64,000 bases of DNA. It comes from Desulfobacterium sp. Lineage in GTDB: Bacteria > Desulfobacterota > Desulfobacteria > Desulfobacterales > Desulfobacteraceae. Shown piece by piece: positions 10,707 through 21,964 of the stretch. How positions within the stretch are numbered: the first letter of the stretch is position 1; each line of letters begins with the position of its first letter. The translations under genes and the position numbers were made by a program. The DNA is taken from positions 35,106 to 99,105 of the forward strand of contig JAEINR010000003.1 in NCBI GenBank assembly GCA_016342325.1, written 5' to 3'. The notes under the pieces are model-generated. The model was not told where the DNA came from, ran no database searches, and saw only the letters and a program-made list of their open reading frames with translations.

Positions 10707-11207
10707 ATGAATTCCCAAGACATTTTCAAACATGCCCTGACCTATGAAAAAAAGATCCGGGATCTATACCGATCTGCCGTGGAAACCATTGACGACAAAC
10801 GGGGAAAAGCCATTTTTAAGGCCCTGGCCGATGATGAACAATCCCATGTTGATTTTCTGGAATACAGCCTGGATCTGCTGGCATCGGCCAAGGAGATTGA
10901 TATCGAAAAGCTCGGGTCCGCTATTCCCGTGCCGGTTGAAGACCATATCAAACAGATGAAAGAAAAGATTCCTGAACAGATGCTGGGGGATGTCAAGCGG
11001 GTTCTGAATGCGGCCCTGGTCCTTGAGATCGAAACCAGTAAATTTTATAAAAAAGCCTGTGGGGATTCCCAGGGAAGGATCAAGGAGATCCTTGAAAAAT
11101 TTTATGAGATTGAACAGCGTCATGTGGCGGTGGTCCAGATTGAACTGGACCAGGCCACCGGCAGCGGTTTCTGGTTTGGTTTTATGGAAAAGGATATGGA
11201 AGATTAA
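10707..11207 (+). CDS. Ferritin-like / rubrerythrin-family diiron protein
   Basis: ALTYEKK..LY, LADDEQSH, ALVLE..FY, IEQRH diiron motifs; GGAGG RBS before ATG 10707. Confidence 0.85.
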   Translation: MNSQDIFKHALTYEKKIRDLYRSAVETIDDKRGKAIFKALADDEQSHVDFLEYSLDLLASAKEIDIEKLGSAIPVPVEDHIKQMKEKIPEQMLGDVKRVLNAALVLEIETSKFYKKACGDSQGRIKEILEKFYEIEQRHVAVVQIELDQATGSGFWFGFMEKDMED

Positions 11208-11286
11208 CAAGGGGTAAAGAGTGACCTGCCGGGGGGGATGTATGCCCGCAAGCCCCCCGGGAAATCAACGTTAGGACCCTAGGCTC

Positions 11287-13341
<2,055 letters not shown>

Positions 13342-13367
13342 TTAAAATTAAATGTCCAGGTTAGGAT

Positions 13368-13396
13368 AAAGGGCAGGAGAGGACTCCTGCCTTTTT
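13368..13396 (-). terminator. Intrinsic terminator downstream of the surface-protein gene (possibly bidirectional)
   Basis: AAAGGGCAGGAG-AGGA-CTCCTGCCTTTTT hairpin with A/T tracts. Confidence 0.6.
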
Positions 13397-13428
13397 ATAC
13401 GATATGCAACGATTCCCTTTTTGAGACA

Positions 13429-14763
13429 TTATCTGCGTCTTACGGACCTTACAGCGATTCCAGCCAAAAGCATACCGATAAATGCCGTCAATGGCGCGGC
13501 CATGCCGGAGGGCGTTGTTATGGTGTTGATAAAACAGCTGCTGGTGTCGGAGGCCTCAGAAGAAGACGTCCCTGGAGCAAACACGGTCAGGTGATCTACA
13601 AAGAAGGTCACCTGGCCAATGGGGTTCTCGTATAGAATATTGGCTGTCGGAACCGTATCTCCAGTCCCGCTTTCAATCAAGGAAACGGCATCCGCATAGT
13701 AAATAAATGCTTTTGGGGCGGCAAAATCCCCCGTCGTGATCACCGTTGTATCAAAGGGAATGGTGATTTCGATTCGGCTGATTTCACCTGTCTCCAGGGG
13801 GAGACCTGTGTCATTGTCGATGGCGTTGATCTCCACGTACATCCCGGGGGTACCGTTGCTGTATTTACTGGTGTCGGTTTTGACAATGGTATTAATCTCC
13901 AGGGTTGCGGATTTTGCCAGGCCATTGACCGGTACGGTCACTTCAACCGTATCGTAATTATCCTTATCCGCGCCATTATTGAATTTGCCGCCTGGGATGG
14001 ATACGGATTTCCGGGTAGCGGACGAGGGTTCATTCTTTCTGTAGGTGAACGCCTGGTTACGGATGTAAACCGTATCGCTTCCCGGTTTGACGAGAAGAAC
14101 AAAATCATTGTTAACCATGGTAAAAGAGACAACCCCGTCATTGAATGCGGTCAGTATTTCACCCGCCTCTTCAGCATCATACACTTTCACATCTTCGGCA
14201 CCGGTCAGTGGCCCGGAGCCATTGTCCGCTTTGATGGATACCCGCACGATTCCATCCGCCGGCGCACCCACGGTAATGGCCAGTGGTGTTTCCCGGTACA
14301 GTGTCAACGTGGTACTTTCAGCCCCTTCGTCCCACAGATCGGGGACCTCAACCATATCCTTGACATAGTACCCGTCCTTGGACGCAAAGGCCTTCCATCC
14401 GGTACTTGAAGCCTCTACCGGTAACGTGATGCTGTAGTTGGATTCCTCGTTTGTATCTGTTGGGCTTTCATAGGTATTTTTGTCTGCATTAAAAACCGTC
14501 ACCAGGGCATCGGTCACAAGGGCACCCGCCTGGTCCACCACGTTTCCTTTAATGACAAATTGACCTTCTTTTTTCAACCCAACGGTTACCTCTGTCTTGT
14601 CCCTAGGGGTTGTCTGCTCTATGGCCCCATTGCCCTCGTCACCGGTGTTGTCGATAACAGCCGAGCCGACGTTAAGCGACTTGGCTGCAAAAACAGTTTG
14701 TCCACCCCCCAGGCTGATGAACAACCCTATAATGGGTATGACAAAAATCTTGAATATCTTCAT
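13429..14763 (-). CDS. Secreted surface protein with carboxypeptidase-regulatory-like beta domain and CFI-box-like CTERM anchor
   Basis: N-terminal signal peptide; Thr/Asp/Gly-rich beta character; C-terminus SSCFINT + hydrophobic helix + RSVRRR. Confidence 0.7.
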   Translation of the reverse strand: MKIFKIFVIPIIGLFISLGGGQTVFAAKSLNVGSAVIDNTGDEGNGAIEQTTPRDKTEVTVGLKKEGQFVIKGNVVDQAGALVTDALVTVFNADKNTYESPTDTNEESNYSITLPVEASSTGWKAFASKDGYYVKDMVEVPDLWDEGAESTTLTLYRETPLAITVGAPADGIVRVSIKADNGSGPLTGAEDVKVYDAEEAGEILTAFNDGVVSFTMVNNDFVLLVKPGSDTVYIRNQAFTYRKNEPSSATRKSVSIPGGKFNNGADKDNYDTVEVTVPVNGLAKSATLEINTIVKTDTSKYSNGTPGMYVEINAIDNDTGLPLETGEISRIEITIPFDTTVITTGDFAAPKAFIYYADAVSLIESGTGDTVPTANILYENPIGQVTFFVDHLTVFAPGTSSSEASDTSSCFINTITTPSGMAAPLTAFIGMLLAGIAVRSVRRR

Positions 14764-15382
14764 AAGATTACTTCCTCTCTATATTAATTTGGATTTCTAT
14801 TTGTTTTTGAATTGCCCGTAGATCATTCGTCTTCCGTGGAAAGCCTTGTTTTAGGGGGGCAGTTCTTCGGATGATTTAGGCGGGAGGAGGGGGCCTTTTA
14901 TAGAATGTGGACGTGTAAACAGAGTGAACCTGGCCCGGTCGAATGGAACACGCCTTAAAAAGGGTTGCCTCCGGAAGACCTGCGGCCAGGGGGAATAGTC
15001 CCATCAGGAAGATTGAAGAAAATTTCTTTTTAGAACTTTTCACAAACACCTTTAAGCGTTTTGCACTCACATTCTTTACCGGAACGAAATTATAAGATAA
15101 CCGTGAACAAGTTATTCGATAGCACATTCTTTCAGAATATTCACCCTGTTTCAATACTCGGGATGACAGTGTCTATCCCTAGGCCACCGGCAGCCCGTCG
15201 TCATGTGCGAATTCACCGGAGGGGCCTTGGCTGGCCGGGGGGTAAAATCCGGATAAATAGATCTTTGGTTGATACTTTCTTCGGCTCGCTGTTATGATCA
15301 ATTTCAATTTGAAGGATCGGTGGACGTTTTGAAGGGTCGGTGGGCGTTCTCTGATGAACGGTTGCCCCCGGGTAAAGGAGGA

Positions 15383-18121
15383 ATGAATTTTATGCAGGGA
15401 ATCGTTTTTGTCTATGATCCTGTGGCGGCTGGGAAAAATGATTGTTTTACCGTGAAACTCGAGGAGAGGAGATGGAACGGGAAACGGTGGTGTTCCCAAA
15501 GCGTTGACCAGATTTTTACCGTGTCGGATCTCAAGCGTTTCGGCAGCCGCATGGTGGATAAAAACCTGTTTGCCGCGGCCTTCCGGAGTGAATCGGAATT
15601 CCGGAGTGCCGAAGCGCGCTTTTTTTCCGGAGACGAGGAGTTTACCCGGCTTCGGATTTCCACAGTCGAGGTTCCGGAATTTATAAAAAACGCCGCAAAA
15701 TCAAAGTCGCTCTGTGACAGTAACGGTTCTCCTTTCGGATTCAAGGTGATCCGGGATGCCATGCCCGGTGTGGCACTGGCGGAGGCAGATGGAGAATTTG
15801 CGGTCTCTGTGACGTTGAAGGGCAAAAGGATGTCCCTTGCGGACTATGTGCTTCCAGGGCCGCATATGGCGGCGGTGTTCGGAAAAACCGTGATCACCCT
15901 GAAAACCGGTTTTCCCGGGGATTTTTTCAAGCGGTTTCCCTGTGGAAAGCGGTTTCCTGTCCAAGATTATGATCGGGTGGTGGATCTTCTTGCCGGCTTT
16001 TCCGATCACATCGCAATTCTTCTTCCGGACAGGAAGGAGATGCGGGTGATTCGTCCCGAGGACCTGGAACCGGTGCTCTCCTTTGATGGGGATCTGCGGT
16101 TTGCTGATCTGGGATTTAATTATCCCGGGGGGATTCATGTCTCGAAAACGGAAACCCGTGAAACCATATTTGACCGTGAAAAACACCTGGAGCTCCACAG
16201 AAACCCGGCCCAAGAGGCGTATTATAAAAAGGTTCTGCAGGAAGCAGGCGCCGCCTTCCGGGGCGCATCCCGGGGGGACTGGTTCTTTTCGTCCATGGGG
16301 TTGGAATCGGTGCTCAGGGTGTTGGAAGGTCAGGGCTTTCAGCTCTTGGTGGAAGGAAAACCCTTGCGCACGGATGCCAAAATCTCCTGGCGCCTGTCGG
16401 TTATGGAAGACATGATTTGTGTGGGCGGAGAGATCTCCTTTGGAAAGAACCGGACCGATTTTGAAGGGTTGTTTGACGGTTTTCTGTGCGGACAGTTCTG
16501 GTTTGAGCTTCCGGACGGTTCCTGCGGCTTCATGGGAAAAGCCGTGGGAGAGGTGCTGAAGAACCTTGAAGCTCGGGGGGATTTCAAGGATGATGCGGTT
16601 CTGTTCAGCCGGTTTGACTTTGCCCATGTGGCAGAGGTGATGGCCGGTGCTGGCCATGTGACCCGGGATGCCGGATTCTTGGATCTGAATAATTTTGGGG
16701 ATGCCCGGCAACATGATGACCCCTTTAAACTATCTGCCGGCCTTGAAACCATTTTAAGACCGTATCAGAAGCTGGGGACAGGCTGGCTTTACGGACTGAA
16801 AAAAAGAGGGCTTTGCGGCATCCTGGCAGATGATATGGGATTGGGGAAAACCCTCCAGGTCCTGGCCTTTCTCAAAGGGCTTAAAGACGCCGGTGAGACA
16901 GGCCCTTCACTTCTGATCGTTCCGAAGACCTTGATCTGGAACTGGGAGTCGGAGATCCTTAAATTCACACCGGATCTCGATTTCAGGCTGCATACCGGCG
17001 TTGACAGAACCCGGGATAAGAAAAAACTCACGGGCTGTGATCTGGTGATCACGTCCTATGCCCTTGTTCTGAAGGACGCGGATCTGTTTAAAAGCATCTT
17101 CTGGAACAACCTTATCCTGGACGAGGCCCAGGCCATCAAGAATCCGGATGCCCGGACAACCCGGGAGATTAAAAAACTGGGTGCCGATTTCAGGCTGTCC
17201 CTTTCCGGGACCCCGGTGGAGAATCGCCCACTGGATCTCTGGAGCCAGTTTGATTTTCTTATGCCCGGATTCCTTGGCACCCGGGACGGGTTTCAAGATC
17301 TTTATGAAACCGGGAAAAGCCCGGATGCCCTCAAGACCCTGGTGCACCCTTTTTTGCTCCGAAGGCTGAAAAGCCAGGTATGCAGGGAACTGCCGCCTAA
17401 AACAGAGGAGATCCTTTATTGTGATTTTGAAGATGAACAGAAAGCGCTTTACGACAAGGTGCTTGGCAAGGAGCGGAACCGGCTTTTCCATGGCAAGGCC
17501 GGGGATAACGAGGGGGCAGAATCCGGAGCGATCCATATCCTTACGGCACTGTTGAGGCTTCGCCAGATCGCCTGCCATCCGGCCCTGTCCGGGGAAGATA
17601 TTCCAGGGGATATTTCAAGCGGAAAACTGTCACGGGTGTTGGCCACCGCCCTTGAAATCATTGAAGGCGGGTATAAAATTCTGGTGTTCTCCCAGTTTAC
17701 AGGACACCTGAAAAAAGTGCGGGAATGCTTTGATGGTGCGGAAATCCCGAGCTTTTATCTGGACGGCAGTACAACAGACCGGAAAACCGTGATTGACGAT
17801 TTCAAGTCCAGCAAAGGCCCCTGCGTGTTTTTTATTTCCCTGAAGGCCGGCGGTGTGGGGCTGAACCTGACGGAAGCCGGATATGTGTTTCTCCTGGATC
17901 CCTGGTGGAATCCTTCGGCGGAAAATCAGGCTGTGGACCGGAGTCACCGGATCGGCCAGGATAGTCCTGTCACCGTTTACCGATTTATCACCAAGGGGTC
18001 CATCGAAGAGAAGGTGGCGCTGTTACAGAAGAAAAAAACCGCCATGGTTCAGGCGGTTGTCGGGGATGGGGATGGGGCAGTTCCCTTTACCGAAGCGGAA
18101 CTGGCGGATCTCCTTGGTTGA
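15383..18121 (+). CDS. SNF2-family (SWI2/SNF2) ATPase/helicase
   Basis: LADDMGLGKT, LDEAQAIKN, LSGTPVENR, VFSQFT, ISLKAGGVGLNL, QAVDRSHRIGQ; AAGGAGG RBS before ATG 15383. Confidence 0.92.
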   Translation: MNFMQGIVFVYDPVAAGKNDCFTVKLEERRWNGKRWCSQSVDQIFTVSDLKRFGSRMVDKNLFAAAFRSESEFRSAEARFFSGDEEFTRLRISTVEVPEFIKNAAKSKSLCDSNGSPFGFKVIRDAMPGVALAEADGEFAVSVTLKGKRMSLADYVLPGPHMAAVFGKTVITLKTGFPGDFFKRFPCGKRFPVQDYDRVVDLLAGFSDHIAILLPDRKEMRVIRPEDLEPVLSFDGDLRFADLGFNYPGGIHVSKTETRETIFDREKHLELHRNPAQEAYYKKVLQEAGAAFRGASRGDWFFSSMGLESVLRVLEGQGFQLLVEGKPLRTDAKISWRLSVMEDMICVGGEISFGKNRTDFEGLFDGFLCGQFWFELPDGSCGFMGKAVGEVLKNLEARGDFKDDAVLFSRFDFAHVAEVMAGAGHVTRDAGFLDLNNFGDARQHDDPFKLSAGLETILRPYQKLGTGWLYGLKKRGLCGILADDMGLGKTLQVLAFLKGLKDAGETGPSLLIVPKTLIWNWESEILKFTPDLDFRLHTGVDRTRDKKKLTGCDLVITSYALVLKDADLFKSIFWNNLILDEAQAIKNPDARTTREIKKLGADFRLSLSGTPVENRPLDLWSQFDFLMPGFLGTRDGFQDLYETGKSPDALKTLVHPFLLRRLKSQVCRELPPKTEEILYCDFEDEQKALYDKVLGKERNRLFHGKAGDNEGAESGAIHILTALLRLRQIACHPALSGEDIPGDISSGKLSRVLATALEIIEGGYKILVFSQFTGHLKKVRECFDGAEIPSFYLDGSTTDRKTVIDDFKSSKGPCVFFISLKAGGVGLNLTEAGYVFLLDPWWNPSAENQAVDRSHRIGQDSPVTVYRFITKGSIEEKVALLQKKKTAMVQAVVGDGDGAVPFTEAELADLLG

Positions 18122-18204
18122 TCATGTCCAGGGCCATGGCGGGCGGCGCTCTCCAGGGCGGTCTGTTTCCCGGATTGGCGGCCGACGATCTGGCCGTTGC
18201 AGAT

Positions 18205-18241
18205 CCACAGCGCCATGGGGGCGCTCTCCATGGCGCTGTGG
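18205..18241. terminator. Perfect 14-bp-stem hairpin between convergent genes
   Basis: CCACAGCGCCATGG-N9-CCATGGCGCTGTGG; no U-tract, so terminator role is uncertain. Confidence 0.45.
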
Positions 18242-18250
18242 AATACGCTG

Positions 18251-19267
18251 TTATTCTACGGAATAACCCGGAATAAAATCAGGTTCCCTGACCGTTTTCA
18301 TGGAGATGGCCTCCTCGGGACAAACCGTTGCACATTGACCGCATCCCAGGCATTTTTCTTCGTTCACTTCAGCGATGCCGTCTTTGTTCATGGCAATCGC
18401 TCCAAACCAGCACCGTTCTTCACACAGGCCGCAGGCGGAACATTTGTCGTCCGCAATGGCCGGACTGTAACGGCTTGGATCACAAAGGGAGACACCGTTT
18501 GCCACCAGCATGGAGAAAGACTGACAGCAACACCCGCAGCAATTGCAGATGAACCCGCCGATATCGGCTTTATTCATGGTGACGTGGACAAGGCCCGCCG
18601 CCTGGGCGCTTTCTATGATTTCAAGGGCTTCCGCCTGGGTTACTTCGCGACCGGATCCCCTTTCAATGGTGTATTCCGCCCCCCGGTTCACTTGAAGACA
18701 CACCTCCAAGGGGGCGTCGCATTTACCCATGGTCAGTCTGCACGTGCATTTGGTGACCGCTAATCGATCGGCTTTCTCGATGGTTTGCCTTACGTCTTCC
18801 GTGGTAAGCACTTTCACCTTTCCCGTGTCAATGGATTTATTGACGGGAATAACCCGGGTAAACGGCTTGGGTATGAATTGCTCTATCAACGGTGCCAGCT
18901 TCGGCCATTCCTCCTCCATATACTGTTTCCACAGACCGTAAAAAGCCTTGGGAGCTCCGGGCCAGACAATGCTTGCATCATGGAACTGGGCAATATGAGC
19001 CGGAGCCCTAAAGGTTTCAACCCCGTCTTTCATTCTTTTAAACGCCAGTCCTTTGTGAAATAGATCGGCAAGGTCCGACGCGATTTCTTTTTCACTACGG
19101 TCCAATTTCACCGCTAACGAATTTTTGGTTCCAGGCAAAGAGATCAAAAGTGCAGCCTGTTCTGCATTGATCATGAATTCAAGTATCCGGGGGATCCAAA
19201 TCGAATCTTCATGGAACATATTCGCGGCAAATTGTTGATAGGGTGATTTCTCGGTCATGGTGATCAT
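18251..19267 (-). CDS. Iron-sulfur protein with Cys-rich core and C-terminal 2x[4Fe-4S] ferredoxin domain
   Basis: KCTCR..CDAPLEVC, ICNCCGCCC, CSACGLCEERC, CLGCGQCATVCP. Confidence 0.82.
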   Translation of the reverse strand: MITMTEKSPYQQFAANMFHEDSIWIPRILEFMINAEQAALLISLPGTKNSLAVKLDRSEKEIASDLADLFHKGLAFKRMKDGVETFRAPAHIAQFHDASIVWPGAPKAFYGLWKQYMEEEWPKLAPLIEQFIPKPFTRVIPVNKSIDTGKVKVLTTEDVRQTIEKADRLAVTKCTCRLTMGKCDAPLEVCLQVNRGAEYTIERGSGREVTQAEALEIIESAQAAGLVHVTMNKADIGGFICNCCGCCCQSFSMLVANGVSLCDPSRYSPAIADDKCSACGLCEERCWFGAIAMNKDGIAEVNEEKCLGCGQCATVCPEEAISMKTVREPDFIPGYSVE

Positions 19268-19468
19268 TCTCCAAAAATTAGTAAATGTAAATACTGCACT
19301 TGAGCATGAAATCGGTCGATCTGTGGCCTTTTGTAATCTCTACCTGATCAGCTTTCCATTTCAGCAGCGTGTCTATTTGCTTTTTCTATATTTGGGTCAT
19401 GTTTCTTCTCAGATGGTCCAGCGTTATCCCTGGATCCAGGCTGTGGCATAAAGGTTCCGGGTAAAATT

Positions 19469-20053
19469 TTAAGACCGAACAAACTCAAACAGCAGAGCAT
19501 AATCGTGATCATCAGCAGCCTTGAGAGCTTCAATGTACTTTTGTCTGGTTTTTCCGGATTTTGCCAGATTAGTGCCTTGTCCCCAGGAGAAAATATCCAC
19601 ATTGAATATTTTCTCCAGGATCAGGTCAGCCATATATCTTGAATGCCTGCCATTGCCATTCGAAAATGGATGAATAAAAACAAGCTTGTGATGAAACCTT
19701 GCTGCAAACTCATCCGGAGGATATGTGTTGAATTCTATCCATGCGTTTGCATCATCGCATAGTGTTTGCAACTCCACCTCAATCAAGCGGGGCGGGACCC
19801 CGATATTTTTGTCGGTCTTCCGGAATTTGCCGGCCCAGGACCAGACGTTTGAAAACATCTTTTTGTGCACATCACAAATAAACTTGGGATCCAAGCTATT
19901 TCTTTTTTTCAGTTTGCTTCCCCAGGTCATGGCTTCTTTGATGTTTTCGGCCTCCCAGAAGTCTAATTCCCCCCTGGTTGATATATGCGTCAGCAAAAGT
20001 CCCTGAAGTTCATCGTAATCAAGCGGAGTTGCATCTTTTTCGTATTCGATCAT
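19469..20053 (-). CDS. Mobile mystery protein B (Fic domain)
   Basis: Fic motif HPFSNGNGRHSR; DATPLD..E N-terminus; WAGKFRKT; paired with an HTH gene; lower GC than flanks. Confidence 0.88.
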   Translation of the reverse strand: MIEYEKDATPLDYDELQGLLLTHISTRGELDFWEAENIKEAMTWGSKLKKRNSLDPKFICDVHKKMFSNVWSWAGKFRKTDKNIGVPPRLIEVELQTLCDDANAWIEFNTYPPDEFAARFHHKLVFIHPFSNGNGRHSRYMADLILEKIFNVDIFSWGQGTNLAKSGKTRQKYIEALKAADDHDYALLFEFVRS

Positions 20054-20526
20054 GACTTGTTATTTTTGTCCCACAAAGATGACGGAGAATCTAAGATATC
20101 ATCCACAATACTTTTAAATATGCTTTCACGGTTTTTCTCCTCAAGATTCTGACCTTCCAAGTTCATGGTATGCATGATCCTGTTGAGTTTTTTTCGCGCT
20201 TTGGATGTGGCCTGTTTCTTTACCGTATCTTCTAAGCTTGACCGGGGGACAAATCCATATACAAACACGCAATCGAGTTCGTCTGCTACCCGCTGCATGG
20301 TTTTTATCGTAAGGCTGCCTGTGAGTTCGTCCTGCTCTATCCTGGGAATCCTGGAGCTATGCACGCCAAGGCGGCCCGCCAATTGACGCATATTCATCCC
20401 AAGCGCATCCCGGATCGCACGAATCCATCCCCGCGCCGGTCTGTTAACCGAAGAAAGGACTGAAAACTGCTTTAAGGTCTTGTCCGATTGCTCTCTAATT
20501 AGTTTTTGCTGTTCTTTTCGTTTCAT
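20050..20526 (-). CDS. Mobile mystery protein A (XRE-type HTH)
   Basis: PARGWIRAIRDALGM..QLAGRLGV, HTMNLEGQ; 4-bp overlap with the Fic gene. Confidence 0.88.
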   Translation of the reverse strand: MKRKEQQKLIREQSDKTLKQFSVLSSVNRPARGWIRAIRDALGMNMRQLAGRLGVHSSRIPRIEQDELTGSLTIKTMQRVADELDCVFVYGFVPRSSLEDTVKKQATSKARKKLNRIMHTMNLEGQNLEEKNRESIFKSIVDDILDSPSSLWDKNNKS

Positions 20527-20566
20527 ATCAATACATATATATAAGTGGTTACGGTTAATTTATTTA

Positions 20567-20595
20567 TATATACATATGCAAAACGTGGTTGTCAA
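20567..20595 (-). promoter_or_regulatory. Sigma70-type promoter of the mobile mystery operon
   Basis: TTGACA-17 bp-TATATA on the minus strand, about 40 bp upstream of the start codon. Confidence 0.6.
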
Positions 20596-20813
20596 ACTAT
20601 ATATATATAATGGTTGTTTGCCTTTTATTACCAAATGTTTCAATCCTCAATTGTCCGAATCCTAACCGTTTTCGTTCACCCGTTGAACAACCAGTGGTTG
20701 TAAATTCATCTCGATTCGTTTGGAATAACGAGTTGACTGGTTAGTGATTTGTATTTTTGACAACTGGATGGCGGGACTGACCCAATTCTGCCTGTTTCCT
20801 TGGCGGTCACAGC

Positions 20814-20892
20814 TTAGCCTCTTAGCTCTGATTTTCGTGTTTTTTTGGCAAGAGAATCAGAAAAACGCTTTGGTTCTGGCTTGTCCAGGTTA
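20814..20892 (+). repeat. Dispersed intergenic repeat family A, copy 2
   Basis: TTAGCCTCTTAGCTCTGATTTTCGTG...GGCAAGAGAATCAGAAAAACGCTTTGGTTCTGGCTTGTCCAGGTTA; same orientation as copy 1. Confidence 0.82.
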
Positions 20893-20897
20893 GGGGT

Positions 20898-21161
20898 CTC
20901 CTGGAACTTGAGGGTTCCCTGGTAGTGGCGGGTGCCGGTGTATCCCCCTTGCCCGCGTCCAGCCTGTCCGCGATATAGTGGGCAAGCTTTGCGGCCGTGT
21001 TGAGATTCCTGAGTTTCAGATCCTCGGGCACCGTGAGTCCGAACTTGGCAGAGACCTTTGCAAAGATCTCCACCTGTTTTACCGTGTCAATGCCCAGATC
21101 CGCCTCAAGGTCAAGATCCGCATTAAGCATGTCAGTGGTGTCGCCAGTCTGCTCGGCAATG
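20898..21161 (-). pseudogene. Relic of the megasynthase: truncated ACP4-like domain joined to a DH fragment
   Basis: 20957-21161 aligns to 24551-24755 (about 12 mismatches in 205 bp, manual count); 20898-20934 is identical to 22505-22541; helix I missing and an in-frame stop just upstream. Confidence 0.82.
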
Positions 21162-21399
21162 TAAAGACAGCACCTTCTACCGGATCAGGTTTCCTTTTCC
21201 TCTCCACGCATCTCTTCTGCAGTTCAGAACAACATGGAAGTGTTGGGGATCAAGGAGGAAAAGGGATGGGGGCTAAAATGAAGGGATTTTGTGGGCTGAG
21301 TGCAAAAAACGTAACCGAAGATGAAAAAAAGGTAACTTTTTCGGGGATTGTTTTGAGTGCCTGTCTTTTAATTGTTTTAGATAACAAGTGATTATGAAT

Positions 21400-21416
21400 T
21401 TGGCACGCTCTTTGCT
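21400..21416 (+). promoter_or_regulatory. Sigma54 (-24/-12) promoter
   Basis: TTGGCACGCTCTTTGCT matches TGGCAC-N5-TTGC(A/T); upstream of 21533. Confidence 0.75.
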
Positions 21417-21532
21417 TTCGCTTAGGGCGTAAACGCGAATCCATGGAAGGAAAAACGGATTTTCAAGGTGGTTCTTTTTGTAAAAAACAAAAACGAAACT
21501 ATAGGATAATTACTCTCAAAGGAGAAACCAAC

Positions 21533-21838
21533 ATGATAACAAACAGGGAACGGACATATTCCAGTGCTGCCTTCCAGATGGAAAATCCGGGAATTTTTTA
21601 TCAATTCAAGTTGTGGAAAACCCCCTCAGAACCGATGTTCGGCCTTGTGAAAAAAGGCTCCAGGGCCCTGGCATCCATTAACGCCGGAGACATTCTTACC
21701 ATGACCTATTATTTTCAGGATAAAACCATGCCAACCGAAAGGCGGGTCACCCGGGTCAAGTCCATTACCGACGGCAATGACCTGGGGTATAAAGATCACT
21801 TTGTGATTGCCTTGGACCTTGATTCCATTGAAAACTGA
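21533..21838 (+). CDS. Small degenerate PilZ-like protein
   Basis: AAAGGAG RBS; YQFKL..GDIL.M.YY..RV.SIT..GY.DHF.IAL pattern recalls deltaproteobacterial PilZ-like proteins; RxxxR and DxSxxG motifs absent. Confidence 0.5.
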   Translation: MITNRERTYSSAAFQMENPGIFYQFKLWKTPSEPMFGLVKKGSRALASINAGDILTMTYYFQDKTMPTERRVTRVKSITDGNDLGYKDHFVIALDLDSIEN

Positions 21839-21964
21839 TAGGATGCGGTATGAACCCATTTTTAATGGAAACAGTGACATCGGTGTGGAGGGCAGGCATG
21901 GAGACCCATGCCCGCCGGGGTGAGGATGACCACCTGCTAATGAATCATCCCCACATCAATTCAA

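Noticed and set aside
14764-15382. c-di-GMP or other riboswitch in the long intergenic region
   Set aside because: No GEMM-type core motifs on either strand by eye; an Infernal/Rfam scan would be decisive.
19268-19468. Integrase remnant or att site bounding the Fic/HTH insert
   Set aside because: Only a weak RNLYATAW resemblance; no direct repeats or tRNA target seen.
20822-21130. ORF-track 102-aa protein as a functional stand-alone ACP
   Set aside because: Lacks helix I, has no RBS, and its C-terminus is out-of-frame DH sequence plus repeat A.
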